DNA of 37,792 nt from Candidatus Bipolaricaulota bacterium (GCA_018334615.1 JAGXLP010000001.1:12476-50267), one strand, 5' to 3'; shown: positions 8,774 through 20,812, counted from the stretch's first letter. Notes: a model not told the origin generated them from the sequence alone. Made by a program: numbers and translations.

Positions 8774-9367
8774 ATGAAAAAATTTGTTTTTAGGTATCTT
8801 TTAACCTTGGCTCTATTTGTCGGTTTAATTGGCGGCGGTGTACTGGCAGCTTCGCCCCCTACCGTTGAAATTGTCGAGATTGCATGGTCTGGAACATCTG
8901 CTAGCTGGGCGGACGAATGGATTGAACTAAGAAACCCAACCGAAGATGAAGTGGATCTTACCGGATGGAGTCTTTCCTGGGAAGGTGTCAGAATTCCTCT
9001 GGGGGAGGCTACAAAAAGCACGGTGGAAGTAAATAACTCGGTCATCGGACCGGGAGAAGTGTTTCTGCTGGAAAGAACGGATGATGAAACGGTTTCTTCC
9101 GTCAAAGCCGACCTAATTTTCAAGGGTTCGCTGTCCAACTCCGGTGAAAAGTTAGTCCTGAAAGACGATAAGGGAAATGAGTTAGAGGTGGTTGATGCTA
9201 CTGAGGGTTGGCTGGCAGGTACCAGTTCCGATGGAGAGCCGGGTTACGCTTCAATGGAACTGTTGAACGGCGAGTGGAGGACCCACGAGGAGCCGGGAGA
9301 GCAAAAGGACGCAAATGAAAATCCGATCTATGGATCTCCCGGTGAACCTTCGGAAGAAGTTGAATGA
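8774..9367 (+). CDS. Secreted lamin-tail-domain (LTD) protein
   Basis: The N-terminus looks like a signal peptide (MKKFVFRYLLTLALFVGLIGGGVLAAS). LTD-like core motifs are present: EIAWSG...ADEWIELRNPTEDEVDLTGWSLSW and LSNSGEKLVLKDDKGNELEVVD. An AGAGGTG Shine-Dalgarno lies upstream. Confidence 0.72.
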   Translation: MKKFVFRYLLTLALFVGLIGGGVLAASPPTVEIVEIAWSGTSASWADEWIELRNPTEDEVDLTGWSLSWEGVRIPLGEATKSTVEVNNSVIGPGEVFLLERTDDETVSSVKADLIFKGSLSNSGEKLVLKDDKGNELEVVDATEGWLAGTSSDGEPGYASMELLNGEWRTHEEPGEQKDANENPIYGSPGEPSEEVE

Positions 9368-9501
9368 TTATTCGACGGGGTTACTGGGACAAGCTTAGGA
9401 CCCCCCAGGGTTTAGGCCGGCGTTGGATTGACTTTTAATTATAACCCTCCACCGATTTGTGGGGTCATGAGTAAAATGAATTAAAATAATTTACGGTATC
9501 G

Positions 9502-10371
9502 CTATTGAATCTGATACGTTTCCATATAAGCCCGAAGTTTATTCTTTACCTTCGGGCTTTTTAGTTTGTTAATTGCTTGTTTTTGAATCTGTCTTACCCT
9601 TTCCCTGCTAATTCCGAAGACTTTGCCTACCTCGTTCAGCGTTCTCGGGTGATAATCCTCCAACCCGTATCTTAGCTGGAGTATGCGTCTTTCTCTATCG
9701 GTTAAAACCTCATGGAGTAGTTTTTTTAATTCGTCTTTTAGTAAAGATTGCAATGACTCTTCTTCCGGGTTGGGAAGGCTATCATCAGCCATTATATCAC
9801 CTAGCACACCGGAACTGTCCCCTTCTTCGTTGAGAGGTTTATCCAGGGAAGTCGTCCTCTGTGCGGTCTTCTTTGCCCGGCGAACTTTTTCCTTTGGGAT
9901 GTCGAGTTCCTCCGCGATCTCTTTAGGCTGGGGTTCTTCTCCATGTTCCTGAAGGTATTCACGTTCGACCTTTTTTATATCTCGAATTAGTTCGCTCATA
10001 TGAGCGGGAACCCTTATAGTTCTCGATCTGTTGGTAATTGCCCGGAGGATCGCCTGTCGGATCCACCACGTAGCGTAAGTACTGAATTTGTAACCCTTGC
10101 GCCAGTCGAATTTTTCGACTGCTTTCATCAGCCCCAGGTTGCCTTCCTGGATTAAATCCAGAAAGGACAGGCCGAAGTTTCTGTACTTTTTCGCAATACT
10201 AATAACCAGACGAAGATTGGCGGTAGCGAGCTCCTGCTTGGCAGCTTGATCTCCTTCTTCAATTTGCTGGGCAAGCTGGACTTCTTCTTGTCTTGTTAGG
10301 AGAGGACGGTCGCCGATTTCGTCGAAATAGGCCTTAACGGGATTTGTCTTACCGTAAGGCTGGTTGGTCAT
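9502..10371 (-). CDS. RNA polymerase sigma factor, sigma-70 (RpoD/SigA-like) family, compact 289-aa form
   Basis: Region 2 reads [37 protein letters not shown]. Regions 3 and 4 are present ([32 protein letters not shown]). A GGAGGAAG Shine-Dalgarno lies upstream. There is no long region 1.1 or non-conserved insert. Confidence 0.9.
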   Translation of the reverse strand: MTNQPYGKTNPVKAYFDEIGDRPLLTRQEEVQLAQQIEEGDQAAKQELATANLRLVISIAKKYRNFGLSFLDLIQEGNLGLMKAVEKFDWRKGYKFSTYATWWIRQAILRAITNRSRTIRVPAHMSELIRDIKKVEREYLQEHGEEPQPKEIAEELDIPKEKVRRAKKTAQRTTSLDKPLNEEGDSSGVLGDIMADDSLPNPEEESLQSLLKDELKKLLHEVLTDRERRILQLRYGLEDYHPRTLNEVGKVFGISRERVRQIQKQAINKLKSPKVKNKLRAYMETYQIQ

Positions 10372-10609
10372 TTCTTCCTCCTTTTTACGAGAATAGTTTT
10401 TTAAATGGGATAAAAATATTTGAGTTTAATGGAAAGAGGGGCTTTTCAGAAAACGTAGAAAGGTTAGGGATAATGTCAACTCTCCGGAAGTCAATCCGAT
10501 TCCAGAGAAAATCGGTAAAAACTAATTTCCTTTCTTTCAAAAGAGAGTAAACCATGAGAAAATTATAATGGTCTCTTCTCTCTTTTCAAAATAAAACTGA
10601 GAGGCAGGC

Positions 10610-11515
10610 TTAGTTTTTCTCCGCGTGAAAGAGCTTCTTTACAGCTGGAAGCTTATCTTGAATAAATTCTCTTCCTATGGACGTTGCTTTCTCCACTTCG
10701 TTAAAATTCAACCAATTCAATCCGTCCACAGGGGGGGTTAAAACTTTCAATCGGTCGCCAAGCCGATTCCGGGCGATGGAAATTTTCGTGTTAATTAGCT
10801 CTTTCTTTCTAATTGTAAGAGTGCGGTAAAACAGGGATAGTGGGTTCTGATCGGGATCTTGTTTAAGGCTCTCGCTTACGTCTATCGCCAGGACGTGTTC
10901 AGCTCCCATTTCTATGGCGGGAATAATTGGAAGAACATCTACTACACCCCCGTCGACGAGCAATCGACCTTTTAATTTTACAGGTGGGATAAACCCGGGA
11001 ATTGCAGAGCTTGCCGCCGCAGCTCGATAGACTTTTCCTTCTCTGATAACGTACTCTTCTCCGTTTTCCAAATCAGTAGCTATCGCAGAATAGTCGATCG
11101 GGAGTTCTTCAATAGTTGAGTTTTTGGTCATCAATTTGAAGAAAGTAAAAAGCCTCGCCAGTTTGACGGGAGTCTGGTTGGACTCTTTTTTTCCTCTCCT
11201 TCGTACACTCATTTCTCGAACCAGAGATTTTCCAATGACTTTTTCCAGTTCACGATGGCTTTCAGGGGAAATTTTCAGGATGTCGTTTACGTCCAGTCGT
11301 TTTACCACTTTTAGCATTCCGTCCAGATTGGCCCTGTTGGCGATTGCTGCTCCAATTACTGCACCCATACTTGTTCCTACAACTATATCCGGTTCGAGTC
11401 CTGCATCACGAAGGATTTGCCCTATCCCAAAGTGAACATAACCCCTGGCTCCTCCGCCCCCGAGAACGAGAGCGACCTTTCCCGATTCTGGTGGTTGGTT
11501 TATCAAGACACTCAC
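10610..11515 (-). CDS. Patatin-like phospholipase (RssA/COG1752-like)
   Basis: It has the oxyanion loop GGGGARG, the nucleophile elbow GTSMGA and a catalytic Asp in the DGG motif (LLVDGGVVD). It uses a GTG start and the Shine-Dalgarno is weak. Confidence 0.85.
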   Translation of the reverse strand: MSVLINQPPESGKVALVLGGGGARGYVHFGIGQILRDAGLEPDIVVGTSMGAVIGAAIANRANLDGMLKVVKRLDVNDILKISPESHRELEKVIGKSLVREMSVRRRGKKESNQTPVKLARLFTFFKLMTKNSTIEELPIDYSAIATDLENGEEYVIREGKVYRAAAASSAIPGFIPPVKLKGRLLVDGGVVDVLPIIPAIEMGAEHVLAIDVSESLKQDPDQNPLSLFYRTLTIRKKELINTKISIARNRLGDRLKVLTPPVDGLNWLNFNEVEKATSIGREFIQDKLPAVKKLFHAEKN

Positions 11516-11730
11516 CTGTACATGTACGAAGTTGACCGGAGAGCCTCGTAGATTTCTCGTTGACAGCTCTTCCCGGAATTATCAACTAGTTACGATTTAA
11601 TCTCTTTGGTGTAGCCCTACAGCTTCGTTACCCGAGAGGACAAAGTTGCTTGACTGTTTTAGAAGGTTATCCAGGGCCATGGAGCAGGACCATTATAATA
11701 AATGTCAGTATAAATAAACACTGTGAAAAT

Positions 11731-11766
11731 AAAAAAACCCGCAGCGGGATTGTTCCCGCTACGGGG
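11731..11766 (-). terminator. Rho-independent terminator of groEL
   Basis: The minus strand reads CCCGTAGCGGGA-ACAA-TCCCGCTGCGGG followed by TTTTTTT. It lies 28 nt after the groEL stop. Confidence 0.85.
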
Positions 11767-11794
11767 ATTAAGTGCTTTGTGGAATCTAACTTAC

Positions 11795-13468
<1,674 letters not shown>

Positions 13469-13488
13469 TTAACCTCCTAGGTGTATGG

Positions 13489-13770
13489 TTATTCAATCTT
13501 GGCAAGAATGTCTTTGTTTTTGATTATCTTCATTTCTTTTTGATCAACTTCTATTTCCGTCCCCGAAAAACTGGATAGTATTACCTCGTCCCCCACGTCG
13601 ACCTCTATGCTGTCGTCAGTACCTACTTCCAAAACCTCGGCCCTGATGTAATTATCCTCGTCCTTGGCACTGTCTGGAAGAACTATTCCACCTTCGGTGA
13701 CTTCCTCTTCCTCTTGGGGTTCTTCAACTTCCTGAACTAACACTCTTCTTCCTAATGGTTTGATATCCAT
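13489..13770 (-). CDS. groS: Co-chaperonin GroES
   Basis: It begins MDIKPLGRRVLVQ, contains GGIVLPDSAKD and is 93 aa long. An AGAGGAGG Shine-Dalgarno lies upstream. It ends 26 nt before groEL. Confidence 0.95.
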   Translation of the reverse strand: MDIKPLGRRVLVQEVEEPQEEEEVTEGGIVLPDSAKDEDNYIRAEVLEVGTDDSIEVDVGDEVILSSFSGTEIEVDQKEMKIIKNKDILAKIE

Positions 13771-13810
13771 ACATACCTCCTCTTTTGTTATTGTGGATAA
13801 ATAGCCTTAA

Positions 13811-13837
13811 TTAGCACTCTCAACTTGTGACTGCTAA
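13811..13837. promoter_or_regulatory. CIRCE operator (HrcA binding site) of groES-groEL
   Basis: The site reads TTAGCACTC-N9-GACTGCTAA, one mismatch from the consensus TTAGCACTC-N9-GAGTGCTAA. It lies between the candidate promoter and groES. Confidence 0.8.
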
Positions 13838-13846
13838 ATCAGAAAA

Positions 13847-13875
13847 AGTGTACCTAATAACCCCCTTTTAGTCAA
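13847..13875 (-). promoter_or_regulatory. Sigma-70-type promoter of groES-groEL (TTGACT - 17 nt - TACACT)
   Basis: The minus strand reads TTGACTaaaagggggttattaggTACACT, 9 nt upstream of the CIRCE element. Confidence 0.55.
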
Positions 13876-13933
13876 CCCCTGTAAAGACTATTTACTTAAC
13901 CCTCAATTAGATTATCGGTCCTTAAAAGGGGGG

Positions 13934-13967
13934 TTACGGACCCAATTCTTATATTCCCGGTCCGTAA
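13934..13967 (-). terminator. Hairpin downstream of the histidine kinase gene (possible terminator)
   Basis: On the minus strand a perfect 9-bp stem (TTACGGACC/GGTCCGTAA) encloses a 16-nt loop and is followed by CCCCCCTTTT. Confidence 0.4.
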
Positions 13968-13999
13968 AATTGTCGCGTATTTCGAAGAATTATTCTGGA

Positions 14000-15355
14000 T
14001 CAAGCTACACCCTGTGGGTGGGAACTTGATCCTTTTCTGGGTAGCGTGAATTTGAAAGTGGTTCCTTCTCCTTCCTCGCTTTCGACTGAAATATTTCCAC
14101 CGTGAGATTCGACTATCTCCTTGGCGATGGTTAAGCCCAACCCGGTTCCTCCGGTACCTCTGGATCTTGATTTATCTACTCTGTAAAACCGATCGAATAT
14201 ATGTGGCAGGTCCTCCTGTGGAATACCGCTTCCATCGTCGGAGACCATGGTTGTTGCTTTGCTGGAGGAGATCGATGTCGTTACATTAATTTGACCACCG
14301 GGTGGAGTATGAGTTATTGCATTGTCGAGCAGGTTTCGAATTACCTGTGAAATCCTCTCAGGATCAGCTTCGACCAGGGTGGGTTCTTCTCGTTCTTTCT
14401 CTGCTTCGACACTGATATTTTTTGCTTTGCTTCTGGCTGCCTTTACCTCCTTCTCTATGATATCCTCCAGTGCCACCTGTTTTTTGTCCAGTTCTAACTG
14501 GTCTGCCTTTGCTTTGTTAACATCTCTCAGGTCGTTTACTAATCTATTTAGAACCAGGGATTGCTGATGCAGAGATTCGAAAACCTGCTCGTTTGGCTCA
14601 ACCATCCCTTCCTTAAGCCCTTCAAGATAACCCTGAATATTTGACAGAGGGTTCCGAAGCTCGTGAGCGACGTCGCTGACCATTTCTTCTCGCAGGGTTT
14701 TTTGCTCCTTAAGTTTATTGGCCAGGGAGTTGAAGGATTCACCTAATTTGCCGATTTCCCCTCTGGCAGAGGTATCTACTCTCTGGTCCAGGTCCCCCTG
14801 CTTCATTTGTTTCGTCGCCCGGGTCAACTCTCTAATTGGCTTTAAGATATTCCGGGAAAATAGAAGGGCTAAGATGATCGCCGTTAACCCGGCAATTAGG
14901 CCGCCTGTTAGAACGGATTTATTGACGGAATTAATAAAAGTATTTTGTAGCGGTGACCGTTTTTTTGACTTGATGAATATCTTCCCGACCTCGAAATCCC
15001 CCAGATTGATAGTCACTTTCTTACGTGACCAGTCTTCGTCCACGGAGGTCGTAGTTAGTTTCTCCTCCGTGTCGCCAATTACTTTTCCAGAAGGATCCGT
15101 CAATAGGATCCTTTCGGTGTAGACTTCCGCCACGTTTTCAATCAAGCCGGAGACCCCTTCCCAGCTCCCCTTAAACCGGTAGTAGTTAGAAAAGGTTAAA
15201 GCCAATCGCTGGTATCTTTCCGCCTGGCCCTGACTTACGTAACGATCGAACTGGTTAATGGCGGAATTGGAAGCAATATAAGATATCGTCCCGACCCCGA
15301 TTGCGATTACCAGGAAAAAACTGGCGAGTAATTTTATCTTAAGGCTACTAAACAT
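14000..15355 (-). CDS. Sensor histidine kinase (2 TM, HAMP, HisKA, HATPase_c)
   Basis: It has the H-box SDVAHELRNPL, the N-box NLLDNAITHT, and the G-boxes DDGSGIP and GTGLGLTIAKEIV. Two predicted TM helices flank a ~120-aa extracytoplasmic segment. It overlaps the response regulator gene by 8 nt. Confidence 0.9.
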   Translation of the reverse strand: MFSSLKIKLLASFFLVIAIGVGTISYIASNSAINQFDRYVSQGQAERYQRLALTFSNYYRFKGSWEGVSGLIENVAEVYTERILLTDPSGKVIGDTEEKLTTTSVDEDWSRKKVTINLGDFEVGKIFIKSKKRSPLQNTFINSVNKSVLTGGLIAGLTAIILALLFSRNILKPIRELTRATKQMKQGDLDQRVDTSARGEIGKLGESFNSLANKLKEQKTLREEMVSDVAHELRNPLSNIQGYLEGLKEGMVEPNEQVFESLHQQSLVLNRLVNDLRDVNKAKADQLELDKKQVALEDIIEKEVKAARSKAKNISVEAEKEREEPTLVEADPERISQVIRNLLDNAITHTPPGGQINVTTSISSSKATTMVSDDGSGIPQEDLPHIFDRFYRVDKSRSRGTGGTGLGLTIAKEIVESHGGNISVESEEGEGTTFKFTLPRKGSSSHPQGVA

Positions 15356-16055
15356 CTTCTTCTAATGTCTCTTCAGCTGTTGGGGGGTCGAACTTATAAC
15401 CTACACCGTGAACGGTGTGAATGTAAGTGGGGTCTTCGGTGTTGGGCTCTATCTTCTTTCGCAAGTTTTTGATATGAACGTCTATAGTCCTTTCGAATCC
15501 CTCGTAACCGTAACCCAGAGCGGCATGAATTAGATCCGGCCTGGAGAATACCCGGCGAGGCTGCTTTACCAAAGTGGAAAGTATCTCAAATTCTGTGGGA
15601 GTTAACTCTACCGGTTCGCCGTCCAGGAGGACCTTGTGAGTTTCGAAATTTAAGGATAAGTCCCCGTGAGTTACCTCTTTTGGCCCCTCCTCTGACGATC
15701 TGCGCAGCACGGCTCTTATCCTTGCCAGCAGTTCCCCCGGACTAAATGGTTTTGTAACGTAATCGTCGGCGCCTAAGTTCAGTCCCTTGATTCTGTCCTC
15801 CTCCTCGGTCTTTGCAGTTAGCATTATGATTGGAGTTTTGGATTCATTTCGCACACCTCGACAGACGTTGAGGCCACTTACCTTGGGGAGCATGAGATCC
15901 AGAACGATCAGATCCACGTCTCTCAGACGGAATAAGTTAAGGGCGGATTGACCATCGTAAGCCGTTAGAACCTTGTATCCGTCCTTTTCCAGGTATTCTT
16001 TCAATAATTCTACTAGATCTTCGTCGTCGTCGACTACGAGTATTGTCCTCTTCAT
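15348..16055 (-). CDS. OmpR/PhoB-family response regulator
   Basis: The receiver domain is present (ILVVDDDEDL, DLIVLDLMLP, phospho-acceptor Asp context). The C-terminus is a winged-helix domain (LTPTEFEILSTLV, VHGVGYKF). Confidence 0.93.
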   Translation of the reverse strand: MKRTILVVDDDEDLVELLKEYLEKDGYKVLTAYDGQSALNLFRLRDVDLIVLDLMLPKVSGLNVCRGVRNESKTPIIMLTAKTEEEDRIKGLNLGADDYVTKPFSPGELLARIRAVLRRSSEEGPKEVTHGDLSLNFETHKVLLDGEPVELTPTEFEILSTLVKQPRRVFSRPDLIHAALGYGYEGFERTIDVHIKNLRKKIEPNTEDPTYIHTVHGVGYKFDPPTAEETLEEDV

Positions 16056-16068
16056 AAATATTTATAAT

Positions 16069-16115
16069 TGCCGGGGTTGGGCCTGATTGATAGCCCAAGC
16101 CCCGGCCTAGTTTTT
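16069..16115. terminator. GC-rich hairpin between htrA and the two-component genes
   Basis: The arms GCCGGGGTTGGGC and GCCCAAGCCCCGGC pair across 13 bp with one bulge. The T6 run lies on the plus-strand side, while the minus-strand side has only AATTATAAATATTT. This fits a partial or bidirectional terminator or attenuator. Confidence 0.5.
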
Positions 16116-16119
16116 TAAG

Positions 16120-17580
16120 TTAACGAGCGAGCGTCATCCATATGTAACTGTCTCCTCGAACGACCCTCACCAGAAGTGTATCTCCTTTGGAAGTGTCTGC
16201 AGCTATTTTTTTCCAATCTCCTACCGACTGCAGGGTATAGAGATTTCTGCTGTTTTTGCCTGCCTGAAGAAGTACATCTCCTTCACGAAGTCCCCTGGCG
16301 CGGGCAAAGCCCTGAAGGTCGGTGATGACTAACCCCGTGGCTACTGAGAGTTCGTATTCCTGGCGGATTTTTGGGGTGTTTTCCACAAGAGTAAGGCCGA
16401 AATCATCGTCCGTGATCGAGCTTTTTTCCTCTGAGGTTTCTATCTGCCCATTATCTCTCTTTCCCAGCTCAACTGTTATAGTTTTTCTTTCCTGATTTCT
16501 GATTAAAGTGAGTTCGACTTCTTCTCCAACATCCCTGTACATTATTTCCTGCTGGAATTCCGTCGCACCGGTGATTTTGTTATCGTTCACCTTGATAATT
16601 ATATCTCCCGATTTGAGACCTCCACGGTCAGCCGGTGAGTCCGGGTATACTTCGGAAATTAGAACACCGTGTCCGTCTTCCAGTCCGAACTTTTCTCCCA
16701 TTTCCGGAGTTACTTTCTGGAACCCTACGCCGAGCCATGCTCTGGTGACCTCGCCTTTGCTTACCAGGTCCGCCAGCACCCGTTCAACCGAGTCGATGGA
16801 TACCGCAAAGTTCAGGCCGGTAATCGGTATTCCCTGTTGATTTCTCCTGATGATCGCGGTATTCATGCCTATGACTTTTCCCTGCATATTGACCAGGGGC
16901 CCACCGGAATTTCCGGGGTTGATTGCTGCATCGGTCTGGAGCAGGTTCTGGTAACTTCCACTGTCGTTTGGTTTCGGGATGGATCGGTTCCTGGCGCTTA
17001 ATACACCGGCCGTTACCGTATTTTCGAAACCCTCTGGGTTACCTATTGCCACGACCCAGCTGCCTATCGGGGTATTTGCAGGGTCCCCGAGGGACGCCAC
17101 GGGTAGGTTTTCCGTATCCTTGTCCCCGGTAATTTCCAGAACTGCTACATCGATCATCTCGTCGGCTCCAGCTACCTTGGCTTGATAAGTCATTCCTTCT
17201 TTAAATACAAGCCTGATCTCCTTTGCTCCAGATACGACGTGCTCGTTTGTAAGTACGTACTTTTTCCCCTGCCAGTCGATTACGAAACCCGAGCCAAGAG
17301 ATTTAACTTCTCTTTCCTCTCTCTGGGGCGGTTCCCCGAAGAAGTACTTGAAGAAAGGATCTTCAAAAAAGTTAAAGGGAATTCCTGCGGATACACCTTT
17401 CGTAACTTCTACTCGGACGACTGCTGGTCCGACCTTTTCAGCGGACCTTGTTATCGCGGTCTCCTGTGATTCTACTAGACTCCCTTCCGAACCTAAAGCC
17501 GGAACAAGACCGGCTGAGATTAACCCAATACCAATAACCAGGGCTAAAATGACGGAAAAGGATTTGCTTCTCGAAATCAT
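16120..17580 (-). CDS. htrA: HtrA/DegP/DegQ-family serine protease with two PDZ domains
   Basis: An N-terminal membrane anchor or signal sequence is present. The catalytic triad context is TNEHVV, DVAVLE and GNSGGPLVN. Two PDZ-like regions follow. Confidence 0.93.
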   Translation of the reverse strand: MISRSKSFSVILALVIGIGLISAGLVPALGSEGSLVESQETAITRSAEKVGPAVVRVEVTKGVSAGIPFNFFEDPFFKYFFGEPPQREEREVKSLGSGFVIDWQGKKYVLTNEHVVSGAKEIRLVFKEGMTYQAKVAGADEMIDVAVLEITGDKDTENLPVASLGDPANTPIGSWVVAIGNPEGFENTVTAGVLSARNRSIPKPNDSGSYQNLLQTDAAINPGNSGGPLVNMQGKVIGMNTAIIRRNQQGIPITGLNFAVSIDSVERVLADLVSKGEVTRAWLGVGFQKVTPEMGEKFGLEDGHGVLISEVYPDSPADRGGLKSGDIIIKVNDNKITGATEFQQEIMYRDVGEEVELTLIRNQERKTITVELGKRDNGQIETSEEKSSITDDDFGLTLVENTPKIRQEYELSVATGLVITDLQGFARARGLREGDVLLQAGKNSRNLYTLQSVGDWKKIAADTSKGDTLLVRVVRGDSYIWMTLAR

Positions 17581-17794
17581 GGATCATCTCCTCCACGTTA
17601 TAGTTGTTATTCTTTTACAATATTACCCTAAGGCCTAAATATGAATAACTTGTAAAGAAGATTTGAAGAGCAAGCCGATAAAATTTTCTCCTAATATTTT
17701 GCCCGATGCAAGGGTCTCTTCCCGTACAGGGTGAGTGTAGCGAGCCCCACCCCACAGGATTACCACCTAAAGGAGAGCCATGCCTCCCGGTTCT

Positions 17795-20428
17795 TCATCG
17801 AGAAAAGTTGAACAATTCTTGACCTAATTTGATATAAAGCCAGATAAAAGCTCCGAAAATTGCAACTGCTACCAGGATTACTAGCCATGGGTAAAGACCC
17901 AGTGGTTTCAGGCCAAAGAAGGTATTTAGCGGGGAGTAGATTACCAGGAACTGAGCCACGATAGAAGCCCCTATGGCAAGGAATAGCCAGTTATTCCGCT
18001 CAATCGGTTGTCCGAAAATCTTTCTAATTGGCCATATCTCAAGCAGTTCTATCAGGACGAGTTCGGTAAATGCTACTGTCCTTGCTGTTACCTGGTCGGG
18101 GAGGAAATGGTTGTAGGAAAAGATTATTAGAGTGGTTAAACTTACGCCGATACCCAGGATGACGTATACCATGTAACTATTGATAACACCTTCACCCTCT
18201 TCCCGGGGAGAACGATCCATCACCCCGTGTGATTTTCCATCAGCCCCCAGGGCGACGGCCGGTAATCCGTCCGTAAGAAGGTTTACCCATAGCAACATTG
18301 GTGCCGTAAGAGGCAAGCCGAGTCCGGCCAGTGAGGCGATAAAAACCGATAGTACTTCGGCAAGGTTGCCCGAGAGTAGGAGTCCAACGAACTTCCTTAT
18401 ATTATCGAAGATGGTCCTTCCTTCCGCCACGGCGTCCCTGATCGAAGCAAAGTTATCGTCCAGCAGGACAATGTCTGATGCTCCCTTGGCCACGTCAGTT
18501 CCCCGGATCCCCATTGAAATGCCGACGTCGGACCTCTTCAGCGACGGAGCGTCATTTACCCCATCACCGGTCATTGCAACTACACCGCCCATTTCCTCTT
18601 TTATTAAATTCAGGATTTTCAACTTGTGTGAGGGAGAAACTCGGGCGTAAATATTGACCTCGGGGATTTTTGCCCTTAGTTCGGAATCAGTAAGATTTTC
18701 CAATTCCTTACCTGTCATTACTTCGCCTGAAAAGCCCAGCTCACGACCTATAGCTTCGGCTGTTAAAGCGTTGTCCCCGGTGACCATGACTATTCTTATT
18801 CCTGCCTTTCTGCAGGAGTTTATTGCTTCGCTTACTTCCTGTCTCGGGGGGTCAAGCATTCCCTGTAAACCGACGAACGTTAAGTTCGCCTCGAGTTCTT
18901 CGTCGTCGACCTCACGGAATCCGGTGCCAGATAAGTCCTTTGTGGCAAACCCGAGTACGCGCAAAGCCTCCCCGGCAAATTGCTCTACCTTTTCTTGGAA
19001 TTCCTCTCGCTTTTCGGGTGTCAGGGGCTTCTGTTTACCATTTTCCCAGTAACTATCACATTTGGCCAGTACTACGGATGGCGCTCCTTTGGTGTAGGCG
19101 ACGGGCCCGTCCCTGGACTGGTTAACCGTCGTCATCATTTTTCGGTCAGAGGAAAACGGGATCTCCTTTAACCGTTCGTGAGTCTCGTTTAACCGGTCCG
19201 GATCGAGTCCTGCCTTTCGGGCGGATTTAAGCAGAGCCGCTTCGGTCGGGTCCCCAATGACATCGTTGTCTCCCTGTAATTGAGCGTCATTGCAGAGAAC
19301 TCCGGTTTTAAATAGAAGTCCCATCTCTCCGTTTGCGCCCCCTCCGTCTATCTTGGATAGCTCGAGCTCGGAGAAATTTGACTCACCGGTATCCGTATAC
19401 ATCTTCTGGACTGTCATCTCGTTTTCTGTCAGCGTCCCGGTTTTGTCGGTACAGATGGTATCCACCGAACCAAGGGATTCTACCGCGGCCAGCCTCCGGG
19501 TAAGGGCGTTTCGCCTGGTCATTTTCTTCGTTCCCATAGCCAGGGCAAGGGTAACTACTGCGGGAAGACCTTCCGGAATTGCCGCTACCGCGAGAGCTAC
19601 TGCCGTGATGAAGGCTTCAAACCATTTTGCGTCGTGTAAAAGTATGGAGATTGGAATTATAAGTCCGGAGAGAATCAGTAAGATGCTTCCCAGCTGTTTC
19701 CCTAATTTGTTAACTTCTTTCTGAAACGGCGTTTTTTCCTGTTCTACTTCCTGTAGTTGCTGTGCGACTTTGCCAATTTCCGTCTCCATTCCAGTGGAGG
19801 TTACGATGGCTTCGCCCCGACCACGGACTATGCTGGTATTTTTGAAGACCAAATTACTTCGCTCTGCCAGTTCACTTTCCGCTTCTATCGGGTCGAGTTG
19901 TTTTTTGACGGGCTCGCTCTCTCCGGTGAGGGGGGATTCGTCTACTTTTAGGCTCTGTGCATCAACCAATCGTGCATCAGCCGGTATAGCGGATCCCTGG
20001 TCCAGCGAGATTAAGTCACCGGGGACGATCTCCTCCAGGGGTACTTTCTTCTTCTTTCCGCCCCGGTACACCACCGCGTCCGGTGAAGCCATTTCCTTTA
20101 ATGCCTGGATGGATTGCTCCGCTTTCCAGTCCTGAATGAACCCGAATATTCCGTTGCCGATGACGATTGCAATGATTAGGTAGAAATCTACTGTTTTGCC
20201 GAAGACCAGTGAGAGGGTTGCTGCGATCAGGAGAATTATTATAAGGAAATCGGTGAACTGTTCGAGAAAAAGTTTTAACGGCGATACTCGATCTTTTTCC
20301 TCCAGTTCGTTTCTCCCGTATTCGGTTAATCTATTCTGAGCTTCTTCTTGACTCAGGCCTTCTGGAGAGGAAGATAACTCTTCGTAGATTTCATCCACTG
20401 GAACCGTCCACGGTTTGTTTGAGCTCAT
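17795..20428 (-). CDS. P-type ATPase, P2A (SERCA/PMR1-like) Ca2+/Mn2+-transporting type
   Basis: It has the CTDKTGTLT phosphorylation motif, TGES, the TGDGVNDAP hinge, TM4 IPEGLPAV and TM6 [13 protein letters not shown]. Confidence 0.93.
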   Translation of the reverse strand: MSSNKPWTVPVDEIYEELSSSPEGLSQEEAQNRLTEYGRNELEEKDRVSPLKLFLEQFTDFLIIILLIAATLSLVFGKTVDFYLIIAIVIGNGIFGFIQDWKAEQSIQALKEMASPDAVVYRGGKKKKVPLEEIVPGDLISLDQGSAIPADARLVDAQSLKVDESPLTGESEPVKKQLDPIEAESELAERSNLVFKNTSIVRGRGEAIVTSTGMETEIGKVAQQLQEVEQEKTPFQKEVNKLGKQLGSILLILSGLIIPISILLHDAKWFEAFITAVALAVAAIPEGLPAVVTLALAMGTKKMTRRNALTRRLAAVESLGSVDTICTDKTGTLTENEMTVQKMYTDTGESNFSELELSKIDGGGANGEMGLLFKTGVLCNDAQLQGDNDVIGDPTEAALLKSARKAGLDPDRLNETHERLKEIPFSSDRKMMTTVNQSRDGPVAYTKGAPSVVLAKCDSYWENGKQKPLTPEKREEFQEKVEQFAGEALRVLGFATKDLSGTGFREVDDEELEANLTFVGLQGMLDPPRQEVSEAINSCRKAGIRIVMVTGDNALTAEAIGRELGFSGEVMTGKELENLTDSELRAKIPEVNIYARVSPSHKLKILNLIKEEMGGVVAMTGDGVNDAPSLKRSDVGISMGIRGTDVAKGASDIVLLDDNFASIRDAVAEGRTIFDNIRKFVGLLLSGNLAEVLSVFIASLAGLGLPLTAPMLLWVNLLTDGLPAVALGADGKSHGVMDRSPREEGEGVINSYMVYVILGIGVSLTTLIIFSYNHFLPDQVTARTVAFTELVLIELLEIWPIRKIFGQPIERNNWLFLAIGASIVAQFLVIYSPLNTFFGLKPLGLYPWLVILVAVAIFGAFIWLYIKLGQELFNFSR

Positions 20429-20554
20429 TTAAATGTTTCACCGCCTACACAAATTGTTTTATTACCTTAGAAGTATAGGGAAGAGAAGCGGAGATTAAAG
20501 AACCGCTAGGGAAGCGGAATGGTTTTTAGACCTCGGGGAAACGGCAAGGATTTA

Positions 20555-20812
20555 TTAATCTCCGGAATAATCCTCTTTTTCTTCCGTTACCACGTATAGC
20601 TTTTCTCTGCCGGTTGCTGGAACCGGACACGACTTGCTCATCGGACAGCTGTTACATGACCTGCTACAGTCTACCTCTTTTATCAATCCCTGGTGCTGCA
20701 ATAAATCTATCATTGCCTTAATCGTCTGTTTTCTCATATCTAGGGTCTCCGCCATCTCGTCGATTGTTTTTCCTGCCCCCAGTGCGGTTAGTATTCTGGT
20801 TCTATCGCTCAT
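20555..20812 (-). CDS. FeoC-like winged-helix protein with Cys-rich wing
   Basis: It is 85 aa. An N-terminal wHTH (ILTALGAGKTIDEMAETLDMRKQTIKAMIDLLQHQGLI) is followed by CSRSCNSCPMSKSC. It is the last gene of the feo operon and overlaps the preceding gene by 11 nt. Confidence 0.55.
   Translation of the reverse strand: MSDRTRILTALGAGKTIDEMAETLDMRKQTIKAMIDLLQHQGLIKEVDCSRSCNSCPMSKSCPVPATGREKLYVVTEEKEDYSGD

Noticed and set aside
8677-9138. 153-aa minus-strand ORF overlapping the LTD gene.
   Set aside because: It is a Ser/Thr-rich, low-complexity shadow frame. The plus-strand frame has a signal peptide, LTD motifs and a Shine-Dalgarno.
10610-11515. Patatin-like phospholipase as a possible defense effector (CBASS CapV-like or similar).
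   Set aside because: There is no cyclase, sensor, ubiquitin-like or other defense partner next to it. Its neighbours are a sigma factor and groEL, and the sequence looks like the common RssA-type housekeeping lipase.
17581-17794. 214-nt gap between the P-type ATPase and htrA, with a GC-rich segment (GGGTGAGTGTAGCGAGCCCCACCCCACAGG), as a candidate ncRNA.
   Set aside because: I could not fold it into a convincing helix set or match it to any RNA family I know. It probably holds the htrA promoter and an inefficient terminator.
20429-20554. Possible metal riboswitch (M-box or yybP-ykoY type) in the leader of the P-type ATPase.
   Set aside because: I could not find the conserved core motifs of either class, and 126 nt is short for them. 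Only a weak CCGCT/AGCGG hairpin is present, and it may be the feo operon terminator.
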